64,000 bases of DNA. It comes from Phoronis australis (lineage: Eukaryota > Animalia > Phoronida). How positions within the stretch are numbered: the stretch's first letter is position 1; every line of letters starts with the position of its first letter. The position numbers and the translations under genes were made by a program. Shown piece after piece: positions 13,176 through 27,400 of this stretch. Where the stretch lies: NCBI GenBank assembly GCA_002633005.1, contig NMRA01000057.1, positions 493,567 to 557,566 on the forward strand, in the 5' to 3' direction. Under the pieces are notes generated by a model, which saw only the letters and a program-made list of their open reading frames with translations, was not told the DNA's origin and did no database searches.

Positions 13176-14522
13176 ACGATCTTCTCTGTGATAGCACGTC
13201 TGCTGTCAGAGTTTTGTGAGATTTGTCACTAAGGATGGTTCTTCCCAAGGGGTTTTCTGTCTCTGCTGCTTTGATGTTTGTTCGTTTCGACATTTGGAAC
13301 AAATTTTAGCGAAGGTCTTATACCCACTCGTACCGTTGGCCGTTTGGGGGAAAAGTGTCGTAAGTAAACGCTCGTAAAATTATTGGCGTACAAACACGCG
13401 TGAACTCAAATAGAATTTATTCAGATAAATGTTATATCTGGCTAATAGGTAAAGAGTTTCGCGGTTCATACCAATGTTTCAAAATTGCTCCAGAAACCGT
13501 ATTCGTACGACAGCAAATTTTGCGGGTCAACGACCTTTCAGACCTGCATAGAATAGTGTGTCTTTGGAAGAGGTAAGGAAAAATCAATAGAGAGTTTTGA
13601 CACGTTATCGATTTTTGCGAGTGAATTTGTTTGGAATCTTGACTCTGAGTTCTACATTAATCGCTTTCTTTACTCGATGAACTACCTCTTATGAAGCTAC
13701 ACAGGAAACAATAAGCTGTCGGTTTGAAGTTTTCTTTTTGTTATATCCCACGCATTCACTGCACGTAGCATTCCCTTCAAAGCATACGGAACTTTAAGTA
13801 AATCTGTACATATAATTACACATAATTACAACGGTAACCATGAAAGACAATTTCAATTTTCCGTTAAGAACGGTGCATTATGGCACTTCTGTGTCATTTC
13901 TACACTGAAACTTGGAATGAATTGAATTTAAAAAAAAATAAATTCTCTGTATAACGTTATTTGTGCGTGGCAGGGACTCAACAACCTACTAAGAAGATAG
14001 TAAAGGTTCGTAACAAAAAAAAACCTACATATTTTTGACAATGTTTATGAATGATAGATCAATTCATAATACTCTATTGTCTGCAGCTATAATTCCCGAT
14101 CAATAGTTAAGTGAATGCTATACAATTTCGTTTTGATCTGAGAAGGCTACATTGCAAAGTAAAAGGCTCAACTTATGAATACATCAATTTTTTGCATTTT
14201 TTCGACTCATTATTGATCTTGCTCTTGTCATTTTCCTCATTTTATGCTCTAAGTTATTTAACGTAAATTGTTTGCATTTTCAACTTAATAAATTTCTATT
14301 CTTTCAATCTGTTTGTTCTTCGTTTTAAAAGTTCTGTGCAAACAAGTGTTCTTACATGTACAGAAGGAGGGAAATGGCCAGTAGCGACGCTGGTTCGTGG
14401 ACCATTCAACCTATGGTGATAAAACTGACGACCAAGGTTTTATAAAATCCCATCTTTGTTAGAAGTACTACACGTTTCACAACTACTGAGTTGTATTATC
14501 AAGACATATGACGTAAAAATTA

Positions 14523-14766
14523 CAGAGACTATATGAAACGATGGATGTCATAGGACGACTACATTCTATTGAGTTGGGGTTTGTGTTCTAAAAATTTGAA
14601 ACTTTCTTTTACAAGCAGACGGAAATTACCAAGCAACGTGATTTTGTTAAAATTTATCTCGTGACCCGTATCTTGGCATGACTTGTCGGATTTTGAAATT
14701 TAGACTTAATCAACATTGTAATGATAAAGGGGAATCTGTGAATACTCATGTGATACATAGTCTCTG
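14523..14766. mobile_element. Putative TA-flanked (Tc1/mariner-type) MITE
   Basis: aatTA|cagagactat ... atagtctctg|TAatt; 10-bp TIR, and the inverted match extends into the flanks. Confidence 0.45.
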
Positions 14767-14802
14767 TAATTTCCAGGCCGCCAGCAGTCACTCGGAGATT
14801 CA

Positions 14803-14893
14803 CCATGCTAACTCTCGCCATGCTAACTCTCGCCATGCTAACTCTCGCCATGCTAACTCTCGCCATGCTAACTCTCGCCATGCTAACTCTCGC
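14803..14893. repeat. Perfect minisatellite, 15-bp unit x6
   Basis: (ccatgctaactctcg)6 with no mismatches. Confidence 0.95.
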
Positions 14894-15152
14894 TGATAAG
14901 AGTCGATTAATGGCGGTCGATACATTCTTGTAATTTCAATATCTGTACCAGTTTCCTCATCAGTATACATAGGTATTTTCTCCTTGGATAGACAGTCCAT
15001 GGTGACAGGCCACTTGTTTACAAAATCTAAACAAGATGTCAACGCGCACCTCCCGGCCTCACAATATATGGTGTCTTCACAAAAAACAGTTGATGAGCAA
15101 CGAAAACACCACTGGCGTGTTTGGTGACTCAGCTGCATACAAAATGAGAGAA
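14894..15152 (-). pseudogene. Possible orphan exon encoding a Cys-rich Ly6/three-finger-like domain fragment
   Basis: Strong acceptor ttttctgttttccctcccAG ending at 15153, then LSFCMQLSHQTRQWCFRCSSTVFCEDTIYCEAGRCALTSCLDFVNKWPVTMDCL. The frame runs into the minisatellite. No ATG exon or CCxxxxCN end was found. Confidence 0.3.
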
Positions 15153-15450
15153 CTGGGAGGGAAAACAGAAAATACGCCCCACGCAATATTCGTTTTTCAC
15201 AATTGCCAGAGTGGTGCTGACGTCACTAGACAAAGACTACGTCTATACGTACGCCCTACTGGTTGGTCAAGAGCTTTCAGTGCGCACAATGCCTGCATTC
15301 CTTGAATGAATAGACAATAGAGGGCGACCTTAGTCACGAGTTCACTGTTAGTTATTGTTAGTTGTGAAGCGGGCGTTGCATATTCAGTACCTGCAGCGTG
15401 ATTGATTATTCTTAATCACACTAGCTGGAAACCAGAGGTTCGAAGCAGTA

Positions 15451-18400
15451 ATGTATTGGCAAGGTGCTCTTGTGTTTTTGGTGGTAATTTCGAGGTGAGT
15501 TTTGTGAGAAGAAGCTGAACTTCTTCACAAAGGCAACAGGTGCATACAGCTATACCTTGCGGTTTATTTCCTGGTCCTTATATTTCCGCCTTCATCAAGG
15601 TAAGTGAATATGAGACGGCGGGGTCTTCAATATTGAGAGCTTTTCAGTCTCAGAGCCAAAAGTAAATAGACCGGTGCTAAGAAGTACGTGTTCAGTCTCG
15701 GAGAAACAAGCTACGCCCGTGAATATAATGACGGTCATCTCACCCTTGGTGAATTCCAACTAGATTTGTTGCCCAAAATCATAGAACCCATGGTAGGTAT
15801 ACATGTACCTAGAAATCGTACACTCTTACACTGAACACTACGCCAAGGGTACTAATTACAAAACAGATAAACAACCCCATAAACAACTTTATTGCTCATA
15901 ATAAAAAGATATTTTGAGAAATACGAAGCAGTGTGGATTTTTTGTGCATTCCATTTATTTCCTTGCTGGCGCTAATCCTCCTGAGGTTGGTGACACCTCA
16001 TGCACGTTTTCCAAGAAAAACAGATCTTACGAGGTTATGTATCAAGATAGCGATGGCGTCCTACTTCCCCGCCTCGAGCAGTTGGGAAACCGCAAATGAG
16101 CTAGTACGTTCTGAGACACATTTGCGGGTTGGAATTCTGGGATTCGAGCGTACGTGCCATGTTCTCTGTAGGTAAAGTTCCTGTATGTGAGGTTGGCGAA
16201 TAAAGTGTCCCAAATTCAAATTAAGCCAACGTTGTATGTGATCAAAACGAGCTATGATCTATGATGCGGGTGCAAAAATAATCAAAGTCGCGAGTCCTAG
16301 GATTCTCTTACCATATTCGTGGGGAAATTAATTTGTGTCTCTGACAAGCTGCGGTCATGAGATCACCTGCTTTTATCAAAGGTTATTTTGATGATTAAAA
16401 ATAACACGTGTTAGTTGAAAAAAAATCGAAACTTTGTGAAAACTCATAAGATCTTATCTAGGTTTAATTCTAAATTATCCAAAACCAGTCAACAATTGTG
16501 AAGAAAATTAAGAAACTACGTGATCTGAAGTTACACGTAGTTCACGATTAAGGGATGGACGAGATCGCAATTATGAGCACAAAAACGACGGTCCCAAATT
16601 TTAAAACCTGGAATAAAACTATGAGAGAAACTCCTACCGATCTACGTAGATGTAGAAAAGGTCGAAATGTGGTACATGTATTTATGACATCGGTTGCTAA
16701 ATTCCATAAAAAGGATTGAAGATAAACGCATTGAGAATAATATATTCACTCCAATCTTAAAAACCACATTTGCAGTGCCACTTTAGAGGCGAAACTGAAA
16801 TTGAAAAAAAAATATAAATGTTTCTTCAGCGGAGTCTCCGATCGCAGAGACAACAGACAAACTGAATTCGGTTTTCAAACTAACTGTGCAAATTTTGATT
16901 GTTAAGTGCGTTATTCAAAAACTAATCAATAGCCACGTGAGGTCGCTCTACAGACAAAGGTATGCTGAAACCCGCCTTCCGTTCAGTTAACCTGATTCCC
17001 GGGCCTCACCCGCTGACGTCACGGATTGCTTGTGAAGGCCCAGGTACAGCGCACTAGAACGATGGTTTTCAGTGGCTTTCAGCTGGCACTTTTTTTCTAA
17101 CCAGGAAGCTGGCGTGCGCATGCTTTTATCCGGTAAACCGAGGTTGCTGAACTCTCTGGTGAGCTAGGTGTTTATATTGTGATATTATCAACAAACTGAG
17201 CTGAAATTCATATAACTATCGATTCCTTATTAGGAAAATAAATTAACAGTGGCTTCACTCTTTTCGCTTGGCATTTTTCAGTTTCATAGGTTGCATGCCT
17301 TTTATGAATTGAAAAAAAATGTCTTACAGCAGGGGCGGATCCAGAATTTTGCGTTGGGGAGGGGGGCAAGAGCAGAGTATTAGAGACAGGATTTTGCCCG
17401 TCAGACATTCACACCCCGAGCTGCCAAATGGAATCTGGGAGAATTTTAGAAGGGGGCCATAGCCCCCTCGTCGCCCCCCCACAAATCCGTCACTGTACAG
17501 TGTTACAGTACACGTACACTGCTGCCGCCCAATTTCCACCACCCAGCGACCTACACAGTATTCACTCCTTAGAACACCACAATTTTCAACCCTCCAGGTA
17601 GCCACAATTCTCGAGCTACACACCTCCCATCGTCGCCATAATTTTTCTTCGCATTTCCCTCTCTGAGGTGGGCCCCCACAACTTGAGGGTCCTAAGCCAT
17701 TCAGATCACCTTGAGTATATTCGGAGCCTCAAATTTCTCCGTAGAGGTGCAATTTAACCTGCGTGACTTTCAAAATTAATGGAGAATGATTGGCCATAAT
17801 GACCAAAGTTCGAGTATGCACTGAAAACATTTACCTCCAATGACATCCAAAATACATGGGGTGTTTTCATAACCTCAAATTTCACCTAATAGGCGAACGC
17901 TATCTGCGCGTGTGCGGACTTCAGCTAGCCTTCTATTCTCAAGACTGGCAATCACGTGACTTGCCATATTTTGGATAAGGTTCATCTCAGACAGGATATT
18001 TGAGGCTACGAAAATACCCGAAGTGTTTCGAAGAAAAAAATGTAAATAAAAAATAGTCGAGGTGCTCTAGATGTTTCGAGGGTAAATTTGTAGCTACTAA
18101 AATACCTGAGAGGTGTCCCAAATGGGCCCTAAGCTTTATTTTTATGTATAATCTAATACTAGAAGAATCTCCACCCATTTAGACAGTGACTAAAAAAACA
18201 TTAGGTATGTGATCTGAGTTGGAGTTCAATGAAAATGTAGCCTAATGTTCCAAATGCACAATCTTTTTTAGGGGTTAATCCTACCAGCTTTATCCTTTCT
18301 AGTAATTCTTGGGCAGCTGTCTTTTTCACCCATTAAGCTTGAAAAAGTGGACTCTGATTCCTGTTGTCAAAAATGAGTGTCTGGTTACCACAGTTTCAAA

Positions 18401-21400
18401 AATACAGATATACTAAAACCCCCTCTGCAGTAGGAAAAAGGTACCATTTGCTGTGTTTTTAGCTCCTAGTGTGAAACCTATTGTATTCATGACAAAAAGT
18501 TTGATTTGGTAGGAATTTTTTCAAGCACCATTTTGAAGAGAAATTGTTTGTGAAAAATCACCCAGCTGAGTGTCATGTCCTGTATAAACCTGTGGGAGTA
18601 TTCCCATGGAATGGTTTTAGGAGGGTACTCTGAAAACCCAAGGAGGGTGAAATTAACCCTATCCGTAACAATGAACATCTTTGGAAAGTACAAGCACAAT
18701 TGTTGATTTCAGAATGTGCTTCTCAGGTGGTGTCTTCTGGCCTCCAGATTTCCTTCGAATTAAATTCATTAAAGCTGCTTTGAATGCCTCTTGTGTGAAA
18801 AAAAATTTTTGATCTGAACAACTTACCACTAAATAAAGGAATTGGAATGACTAATGACAAAAAGAGGAAAATTTTCCAGGTGATGTATGGTTTCACAAAT
18901 AGGCTTGTGTGATAAAAAAATTTGTATTGTAAAATTTAACTGAAATAAATGTTTTTACATTAATCAAGTCAAAATATTGATAAAAAGAAGAAGCTCGAAA
19001 TGAAATAAGAGGAAATGAAAACAAAAAATAGTAAATCCTCTTAAAAGAAGAACATTCCAAGCCCTGTGTATTCCCTGTTTCAATTTGCTCCTTAGTGGAC
19101 TTGGAAGAACTCAAAACTTTGCTTTTGCTCAAAGATATGTTTGGTGCACTTTGACCCGCCTGGTCAAGCCAGGTTATTGTACCAGGTCTCCAGCAATAAC
19201 AAACTATCAGTTCAACTCAAGCCAATATACCACATGTAATCTCAGTAAGGAGCTGTACGAGATCAAGAGTCTAATCACGAGCACACACGTTATGATTGAC
19301 ACGGGACACTAGTATCCAAATCCAATGGCTGCCAGATATGACAATCTTCATGTGAGTGCTTGTGATTAGACTTTGCTACCATTTTGGCCTAAAACAACAA
19401 TGTTAGTACGAGTCTAATCTTATATTGTTACATGACGGTTCTAAAGAGAGGTTGGGTTAATAGCAGCTTGAAAAAATGGCTCACTTTGTGGGTAAGGTAC
19501 TTAAAGGGTTCATTTTTTTCAACACAGTTTCGTACAGAAGTTGTCTTAATCTCTATATTGTTCTTAAACGCTTTTTAGGTTAAACAGTTTCTAGTCTAGT
19601 CTTTGCGTGATTTAGAACCATGAAAAGGGATTATGTTTTGAGAATACACCTCTTGAGTAAAGCATTCAATCCAAATGGAACTCGAAATTGTTTTGTTCAC
19701 TTCCAGTCCACTTTCTTGCGAGTTCAAGATCGTACTTGATGACCACTAGATTTGAGCTAAACATTTGAGTAAAAACAAGATTTCTAGTAAAAACTCGAAC
19801 TCAGACTAGAACTTTTAGCTCTAATGCTGGAATCATTAAGTGCCATCATTAAGCACTCAAATATAGAATAAAAGTCTTGAGTTCAATCAAAAGTAGATTA
19901 GATAATGACAAAAAAATCTTTAGTAAGAAGATGAAACCCAGGGCCCAGGTGTTACTTTCATAATGGTTTATGTTTTCACAAGGCAGTGAATGGGCAACTT
20001 GAGTGGCAAATAGAAGTGCCGGGGGTGAGGAAATTTTCCTTTACCCAAAAACCCTACTCAGAAGGCGTATGCTATAAATGCATTACGAAATTTAAAATAA
20101 AAAAACATATACCCTTGAAGTTTTGAGAAACTTTGTAATCATAAGTTAAGTTTCCGTATTTTGTGCATCTTTAAGTAACTTGTTCGAATAGTTTTTATTA
20201 GCGGCTTCTGTTTTTCCGAAACCAAATCTCAGTGTCACTCACCAACAGGAATATCTTTGCAATAAAGTTTTTGGTTTGATTACTAGTTTGTTCGAAATCC
20301 TGTAAAAGGACATCAACTCCTGTTTATTGGTAAATTGACGAGACCAGATTATTTAAATCTTCGACAGAAAAGTGCGATATAATCCTAATTAGCCCTCGAA
20401 ACTTTGGTACAAGTACGAAAAATCCCTGCAGAGCCCACTCAGTTGTTAATAAGAGTCTCTAACACTTTCAAAAAGTTAATGGGAGCCTGAGGCGCTTCGT
20501 CTCGACCCACATGATGCCATTTGCGACACCGCGCGAATTTTTGATTTAAGAAGACCATGTCTTTCCCACTTAGGAAGTACTTTAATAACATAATCGAAGT
20601 GAGCGAACCAGGTTTGAGCGAAATCACCAAAACAGGATTTAGTTTCAGTTTCATGATGTACGGTGCATGTGTGGTGTACACGTATATGCAATTCCTGAGT
20701 TGTAACATTCTTTCGTCTCATATTCTTAATTGCACTAAGAATATGAACTATTGCTTTCTCTTTCAGTATTCACTGTCGAGACCAGAACTTCGACGATGGT
20801 GTTGTCTCCGTAAGAGTGAAAGGGAGGTCCGGCAAAATTGAAATTTGTCAAAAAGCTAACAATGCTACGAAAAGGCGGGGCAAATGCTCCACGTTGGAAT
20901 TCGATGACATCAGTACGTGACGTAATTCAGTTTCCAATGTGTAATATGCATAGATCAGAATTGTTTCCATGTTCAGAAGTGTACAAAACCTGCACTTTTC
21001 TGTACCGCCTCCTCCGCATGTGTACTGAACTCATTGACATTTCTTAGGACATTATTGATTTGTCCAGTCATCATATACATTTACATGTATGCTTGGAGTA
21101 CAATGCTCGTCTTAATCTCTTAATACAATTTTTCGAACAGTTTACAAGTAAAAATCAATTGATAAAGCAGTGAGTTTTGTTCATTCACATCTCCATTTTA
21201 TGACTAGAAAAGCCACTGTCCCACTCTCCCTAATATCTTACATGTACGTGCACATTTTGCTCGTTAATGGTTGTGGAAATTGTGTTAAGTGTTAACGGTC
21301 CTTTATGGTTGAAAAGCGGATTTTGCGCTAATTGTTGGGTGGGACAAATTTCTTGAATTTATTGCTTTAACCAGACCTATGAAACAGTGAAACCAGGTGT

Positions 21401-24400
21401 GAAATCCAGCCCGGTTATGGACTTATCAGTCTCTGGGAAATTATGGTCGAGAAAGGGCATTTTTCAGATTAGCCTCAGCACGGAATCGAACCTGCAACAC
21501 CTGAGGTCGCAGTCCAGTGCTCTGTTAACAAATCCTAATCAATTTGTAATTTAATCAAGAAAACACCATGGATTTTGATACTTTATAGCTCTGATCAAAG
21601 CGAATTAATTCCAAGAAGTCTATCATATCCAACAGTAATATCAAAATACGTTTTTTTTTGTCGTAAAAGCGATAATGTTCCTTTTAACACGCTTAAAATA
21701 CTCGGCTATTGATGCATTGGCCTTAAGCTCTATGTCTCGTTGCGACAGTTCAGTTCTCGTGTTTGAATCCATCTTAAGGCTGATCTCAAATACGCAATAG
21801 TGTCGCTGAAAATGCATCTTTTGCAAAAGAACTTAACACTTGAAAGCAACATTAACGTCTTCCGTGAACAGATTTTTGTTATTTTAGATGCACTGGCTAT
21901 CCAGATAATCACAGGAATAGCAACACAAGAAAACACGAATTAATCACTCAAACATGAGCTTGAAAAACGATAAATAAAGTAGCTTTTCCGAGCCATCTTG
22001 TGTCACCGGAACTATTTTTATTTAACAGGTGTCTATGAGGAATAGCAAATAAGTATTCTCGAGCTGTCGAAAACGAATGTAAGTTTAATACGCCTGATTG
22101 TTCTACATTGGGCATTTTATGACGTGGGCGTTCTCAGAGCGATGCTAAAACACATTGTAGTTGCTCCCATCAAGTCATGTGTGTTACAGTTTACGCTAGG
22201 TTTTAAAACAAATAGACCACTCGCCACTGGTCACAATCAGATAAGTGACAATTTTTTTACTTCGGGTGTGTTGTCTCTTTCTTTTATCTATTTCGTAGGT
22301 GCAAAGAATGGCTGCCATGAAATTCATGCAAATCTGATATTTTTCAGCCGAAACTTCAGATGAGGCGGGTGCAAGTGTCAGTTGCCCTAAACATTTTTAC
22401 AGAAATATGGCGCAAACAGACTTCGTCGTATCGGACCAGGAAGACCGCACGTTTCAAAATCTGTCTATCACCTATTTCAACTTCAGTGCCCCATTACAGG
22501 GAAACCGTTCACAATTCACTGCACAGGTTTACATCTTCCGAGAGAACGGCAGTTATACAGTTGCAAGCGAGGTACTTCATTTTTTCAAAGTTCACTTAAA
22601 CAAAAGAATCAAAGGGCGGAGAGAACAGTCACTTCCCAAAATACATGCAGTCCCTCTTCCGAGTCTGCGGTATTCACCCCCAGTGCTGAGCGTCACCGGG
22701 ACTCTCGTTCCATTGTTGCCGTGGTAACCAAACCACTAGTCTACATCAACATTAGTCGGCCATTCACCAGGGTAAAGTTCAATAACGCTAGGAACTTGCT
22801 AGGACCTCGCTAGAAATGCAAGACTTCGCGAGATTACGCGAGATACTGCCGTATATTCTAAATGCGAGCATTTTGGCTAGATTTTTCTCGCCACGAGAGC
22901 TACTGAACTCAGTTTATGTCAGTAAAGTAGTAGTGGGTTGCAATTTTAATTTAAAAAAAACATCCAAATGGAAAAAACAGTTGTATTTTTCCTGTGGTAT
23001 TACTGTTGAAGTCCGGATGATTTTAGAGGAAAAGCCTTCCGTAAAACTTGAATATCTGAATACATATTCTCGCAAATCAAGATGTTCTAGTACTGCAGTG
23101 TGGTGAAGTGACCATTTTAAACTGTATGTACACGCTGCAAAAATTTCAAGAACTAGGGATCCCACACACACGATTAAATCCCCGGCACCTAACTTGTAAA
23201 TCGGGCTTTGGTTGCCCTAGGTCTAGGCAATAGATACTGTCAGAAAACTGGCATCATACATCGTATTCACGCGGTCGTCATGTTACTAAGAGCTTCTTTT
23301 TAAGTTTTAAAAACAATTCCGAGCATAATCACCATGCCAAGCGTGATTTTTTCGCGTGCCTCGTTATATTTTTGCGTCAATTGTATCGTTTTTAAATCTA
23401 AAACGAGGTTCTTTTTAAAATGACGAGTGCCCACCGTTCAGACAATATGATATAATTATGTGAAAGTGTGCGTTGACATGAGCACATGAAAATATATCCA
23501 ACATCTCGAGCCGTGTCTCACTGGACATGCCAGTGCGTTTAAGGCCGCGGATGTGGAATTTGTACCGCAAATCCGGGACTTGGGTTAGTTTAGAGACGCT
23601 GCCACGGAATCGTTTCCATTCACTTGTTCCTTTATAAAAATCATCCTCGCGACACTGAATGAAAAAGGAATCAATCTTGACTTCATTTTTGTAGACCATT
23701 TTATCTTACTTCCGATAAGGGCAATGTGTCGCTCATTCTTAAATTTGTCTTGATCGCGCAGGAGGTGAACGTCCTTGCTGGGGATGTCAAAATAAACGTC
23801 GAGTTGGACGGCTGGGTGTTCTGCGGAGACGGGCCTGGTGAAGAGAAGCCAACGGGCCAAGAGAAAGCAGGTAAGTAGCCAGTCATTAACTAAACAACTG
23901 CGAAGAAGCAATCGCGGAAAGGCTAAGGGGCCGACAACATTGGTTTCCTTCCTGTTGTCGAAGGATTTCCTCTACATTCGTGCAAACGCCGAAAGTTCCT
24001 AAAGCGAGAGGCTCTTCACTACAAAGGATACATCTGAAAATGTGAAGAGTGTGCCGGAGTATTAAACACCTTTTGTTTAAGACTAGCTCATTCACGTTCA
24101 TGGAAATTTCACGTGCCACAAATGAGACACGGTTTGTTTTGCAGCCAGGGGACACATGAGTAATTAGATCAGTCCAAGTCCTGTTTATTTCTGACAAGTT
24201 CTTTACACGTGGGGTGTGGGCAAACGACCTTCGGCACACGGTCAACCACCACTCATTTCGGACTCGAATATAATTTTTATATTCTTATATGCAAAAATAC
24301 ATGTTACTGTGGTTATTAGACACAGTGGTGTACCTACCAAAAACGACGCCCGATGATTTGCTCGAGTTTCCTTAATTCACGCGCGAAATTTGGCTTCAAA

Positions 24401-27400
24401 GCATCCTCTTGAATATTGAGGAATTGTCAACCACGATATTTTCACCAAATCCATGTCTCGATCGCACCATTTCAGAGAGCGATAGAAAAGTTTATTCGAT
24501 GAGCGTTAACCTCACCCACCGCACCGGAAACCGGCACTCGCAGGGCCAGGTCAAAATTATAAGTAGCAGGCTTGTCCCTGCCATTGTTCACGAGGACAGA
24601 GATCTATCCCGTACTGACTCTCCAAAGTAAAGAGCGCGCATCGGAGTATAATGAGCCCTCAGAGTAGGGCAACTTCAGGGTGGTGACGTTTAATCAAAGC
24701 TTAGTGCCATTATATGCTCTTTCAACAAGATCAGATTTTTTCAAAATAAAGATCATTTAACATGTGTTGATTTTTAAGTTGATTTTAGTTACCTTTGGCG
24801 CGCTTATAAAATGGTATCCACAGTTTAATAATAGTGAACTTCATTTTTCAAGAACGATAGAACAAATCGTAAAACACATGATTACGAATAGAGTGTACAT
24901 GCTGGGCTCTTATTTATGGAAAGTCCTATTTTAGTGAATTTTTGATTGATATACACCTGTACCCCTTTATGCTCTAGTCGGTTAAAACAAAATGGAGGTT
25001 GTCTTTAAAAAAAAAAGAAATTCCAATACACCTGCCCGGTGTTACTTCAATCACATTTGACGATAAATAAGCTAAGTATCGCGACTCAGATTTGCACAGC
25101 TCGTGCAAAATACATTCCCTTTATATAAAATTTCAACAACGGAAGTTTCAAACTAAGCACAGTCTTCCTCAGTTCGTCACTCCATTGTCCTTTTGTATAC
25201 GTAGGAATACAGGTAACAATCACCATGGCAATAAAGGGACCGTCAGGTGGCAAACCAAAGAAAAAGGCGCCTGGACCGCGAACCGATGGAAGAAAACCTG
25301 GTGGCAAACCAAGAAAGTACAGAAAGCCGAATAATAATACCGAAGATTTCGATCTGGGAGACGATACGTCATTATCATGTTCAAAATACGTTGAGGTAAG
25401 GAACGAATACAAAAGTGTCCTATTGTGAGAAATGACCGTGGGAAAAAGTGATGTGTGAATATCGCAAATTTTCTGACAAATCATAGCGTTTCAAACCTTG
25501 CTTACCCTTGCTTACGTGCCTCAGTATAGATTATCCCAAAAATACCTGACCTTGGTTGACATAAATGCGGTGGGCGACTAGTTTCTTTTTTAGTCGGCGA
25601 GCACATGTCTTAAATTGAGTCGGGTACAGACCAGGGCCAATTATATTTTTAGTCTGATGAATTTTTCAGAGAAAGTTGCTAGTTTCATCCTATATGGCCC
25701 AAAGCTGACATTGAAAAAATAACATTAGGAAAAAATCACTTCTCCGTCGTAGTGAAAACCTTTTCCGCCGCGGAGAAAACGTTTTCCGTTGCATAAAGGT
25801 TTTTTTCCGCGGAGAAAGGTGATTTTTACGTAATGTTATTTTTTTCAGTGTCAGCTTTAGGCTACCGTACTCGTGCCGTGTAGCAACATAAATTTCTCTG
25901 TTCAATCACAACGTGTCCGTTCATTCTATCCAAGAGTTGATGCCAGATCACATAATAGATCGCCTGGCCTTTGACCAAAACATCCTGGAATTGTGGGTAA
26001 CACAACAGCTGCTTGGGGGACATTTAGGAGGTCAAGCTTTTGCAAGCACGGGATTAAAACAGCAATTTACAAGTTAACTAATTAACCGATTCTGGGGATT
26101 TTAATATTTGGTAGTGTAGTGTTACGTTCCGTGACAAGTAATATAAAGTGGGAATTGTGAAATACCGTAGAGTAAGTAGACTGGAGAAGATGATAATCCC
26201 TAACCAGAGTCCAAGCATATCCGTCCTACAGCAAACTTCGTGTACATGTATCCAAAGTGTAGACATTTTACACCTGCATGGGACCACCAATCACATCGTC
26301 AAGCATTTCTTTGCTTATGTCAAGGTTTATTGAAATTACATGTTGCTGTAACTGTCCCTTAGGAGAAATAGACAAACAGGGACTAAGGGACACAAGCTGC
26401 AAGCCAGTTGGTATAGACCGTATAAATAATTTATCTGAAAAGTATAGTCTTTTTGATGTTTGGAGGTATCAACATCCTGGGAAGAAACAGTTAACATGGC
26501 ATAATAAGTGTTTCAAGTGCCAAAGTAGAATTGGTTACTGGCTTTGTTCCAAGTTTTTTAAGGACCATATTAAATGGAGTATACATTCTGATATGCTGCT
26601 GTTAAAATCACAATTACACTGAATGAGATTTGTGCTAGAGGGCCTGGTTTTTGGAAACTTAATAACAGCCTTTTCGAAAATGATGTCTATGTTAAGAATT
26701 TGAAAGAAGTTATTACAAAACAGGTCAAGGAATATGCAGACTTAAAGTATAAAAACACAAAATGGGAAGTGGTAAAAATGAAAATCAGGGAGCACACCAT
26801 ACTTTTTTCAAATCAAAAAAGGACAACTGATAATAATAGAGAGGAGGAACTCATTAATTCGATAAATAAATTTACAGTTGAATTAGAAAAGGATGACTCA
26901 AATAATGAAGCAATGGAAGGCTTGGATAGAGCCAGAGTAGAATTACAATTATTGCAGACCCATAAAGTAAAAGGAGAGATGACCAGAAGTGCATTTAGAG
27001 ATCATGGAAGGTTTGGAGAGAGCAAGAGTAGAATTACAATTTAGTATAAATTCAAGCAGACTCTGAGCTGAAATGTGTGAATGTGAGAGTGAATGTGTTT
27101 GTGTTTGTTTTCTTTTCTACTGTTTTTTTATTGTTAATTTCAGTTTCTGCAAATAAACTTATTAAAAATGAAAAAAAAACAAGTAGCTACTTTTAACAAT
27201 GTGGTCTATGAGATTTATGCAGACATTCACCGCTACGGAAATGAGTTTACATTGTTGCAACCTCAACTACAAGGTGCTGATTTCAAACTTCATTATCATG
27301 GAACTTTTTATATAATTACTTTTTACATAGTCGTTTGTTTATATCGCATGAAGTGATCATCGTTTAAAACTAAAAGTACATGTACAATTTCAATGTTTCT

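Noticed and set aside
14654-14896. ORFs with MARVS/HANSR repeats
   Set aside because: These are translations of the 15-bp minisatellite, with no other coding evidence.
21440-21528. tRNA gene
   Set aside because: A B-box is present but there is no acceptor stem or cloverleaf; treated as a SINE head, as is 58901-59020.
22403-22727. Acceptor at 22402 and ORF read-through to 22727
   Set aside because: The acceptor at 22347 fits the phase and restores the E..D..G...KH motif; family similarity stops at the donor at 22572.
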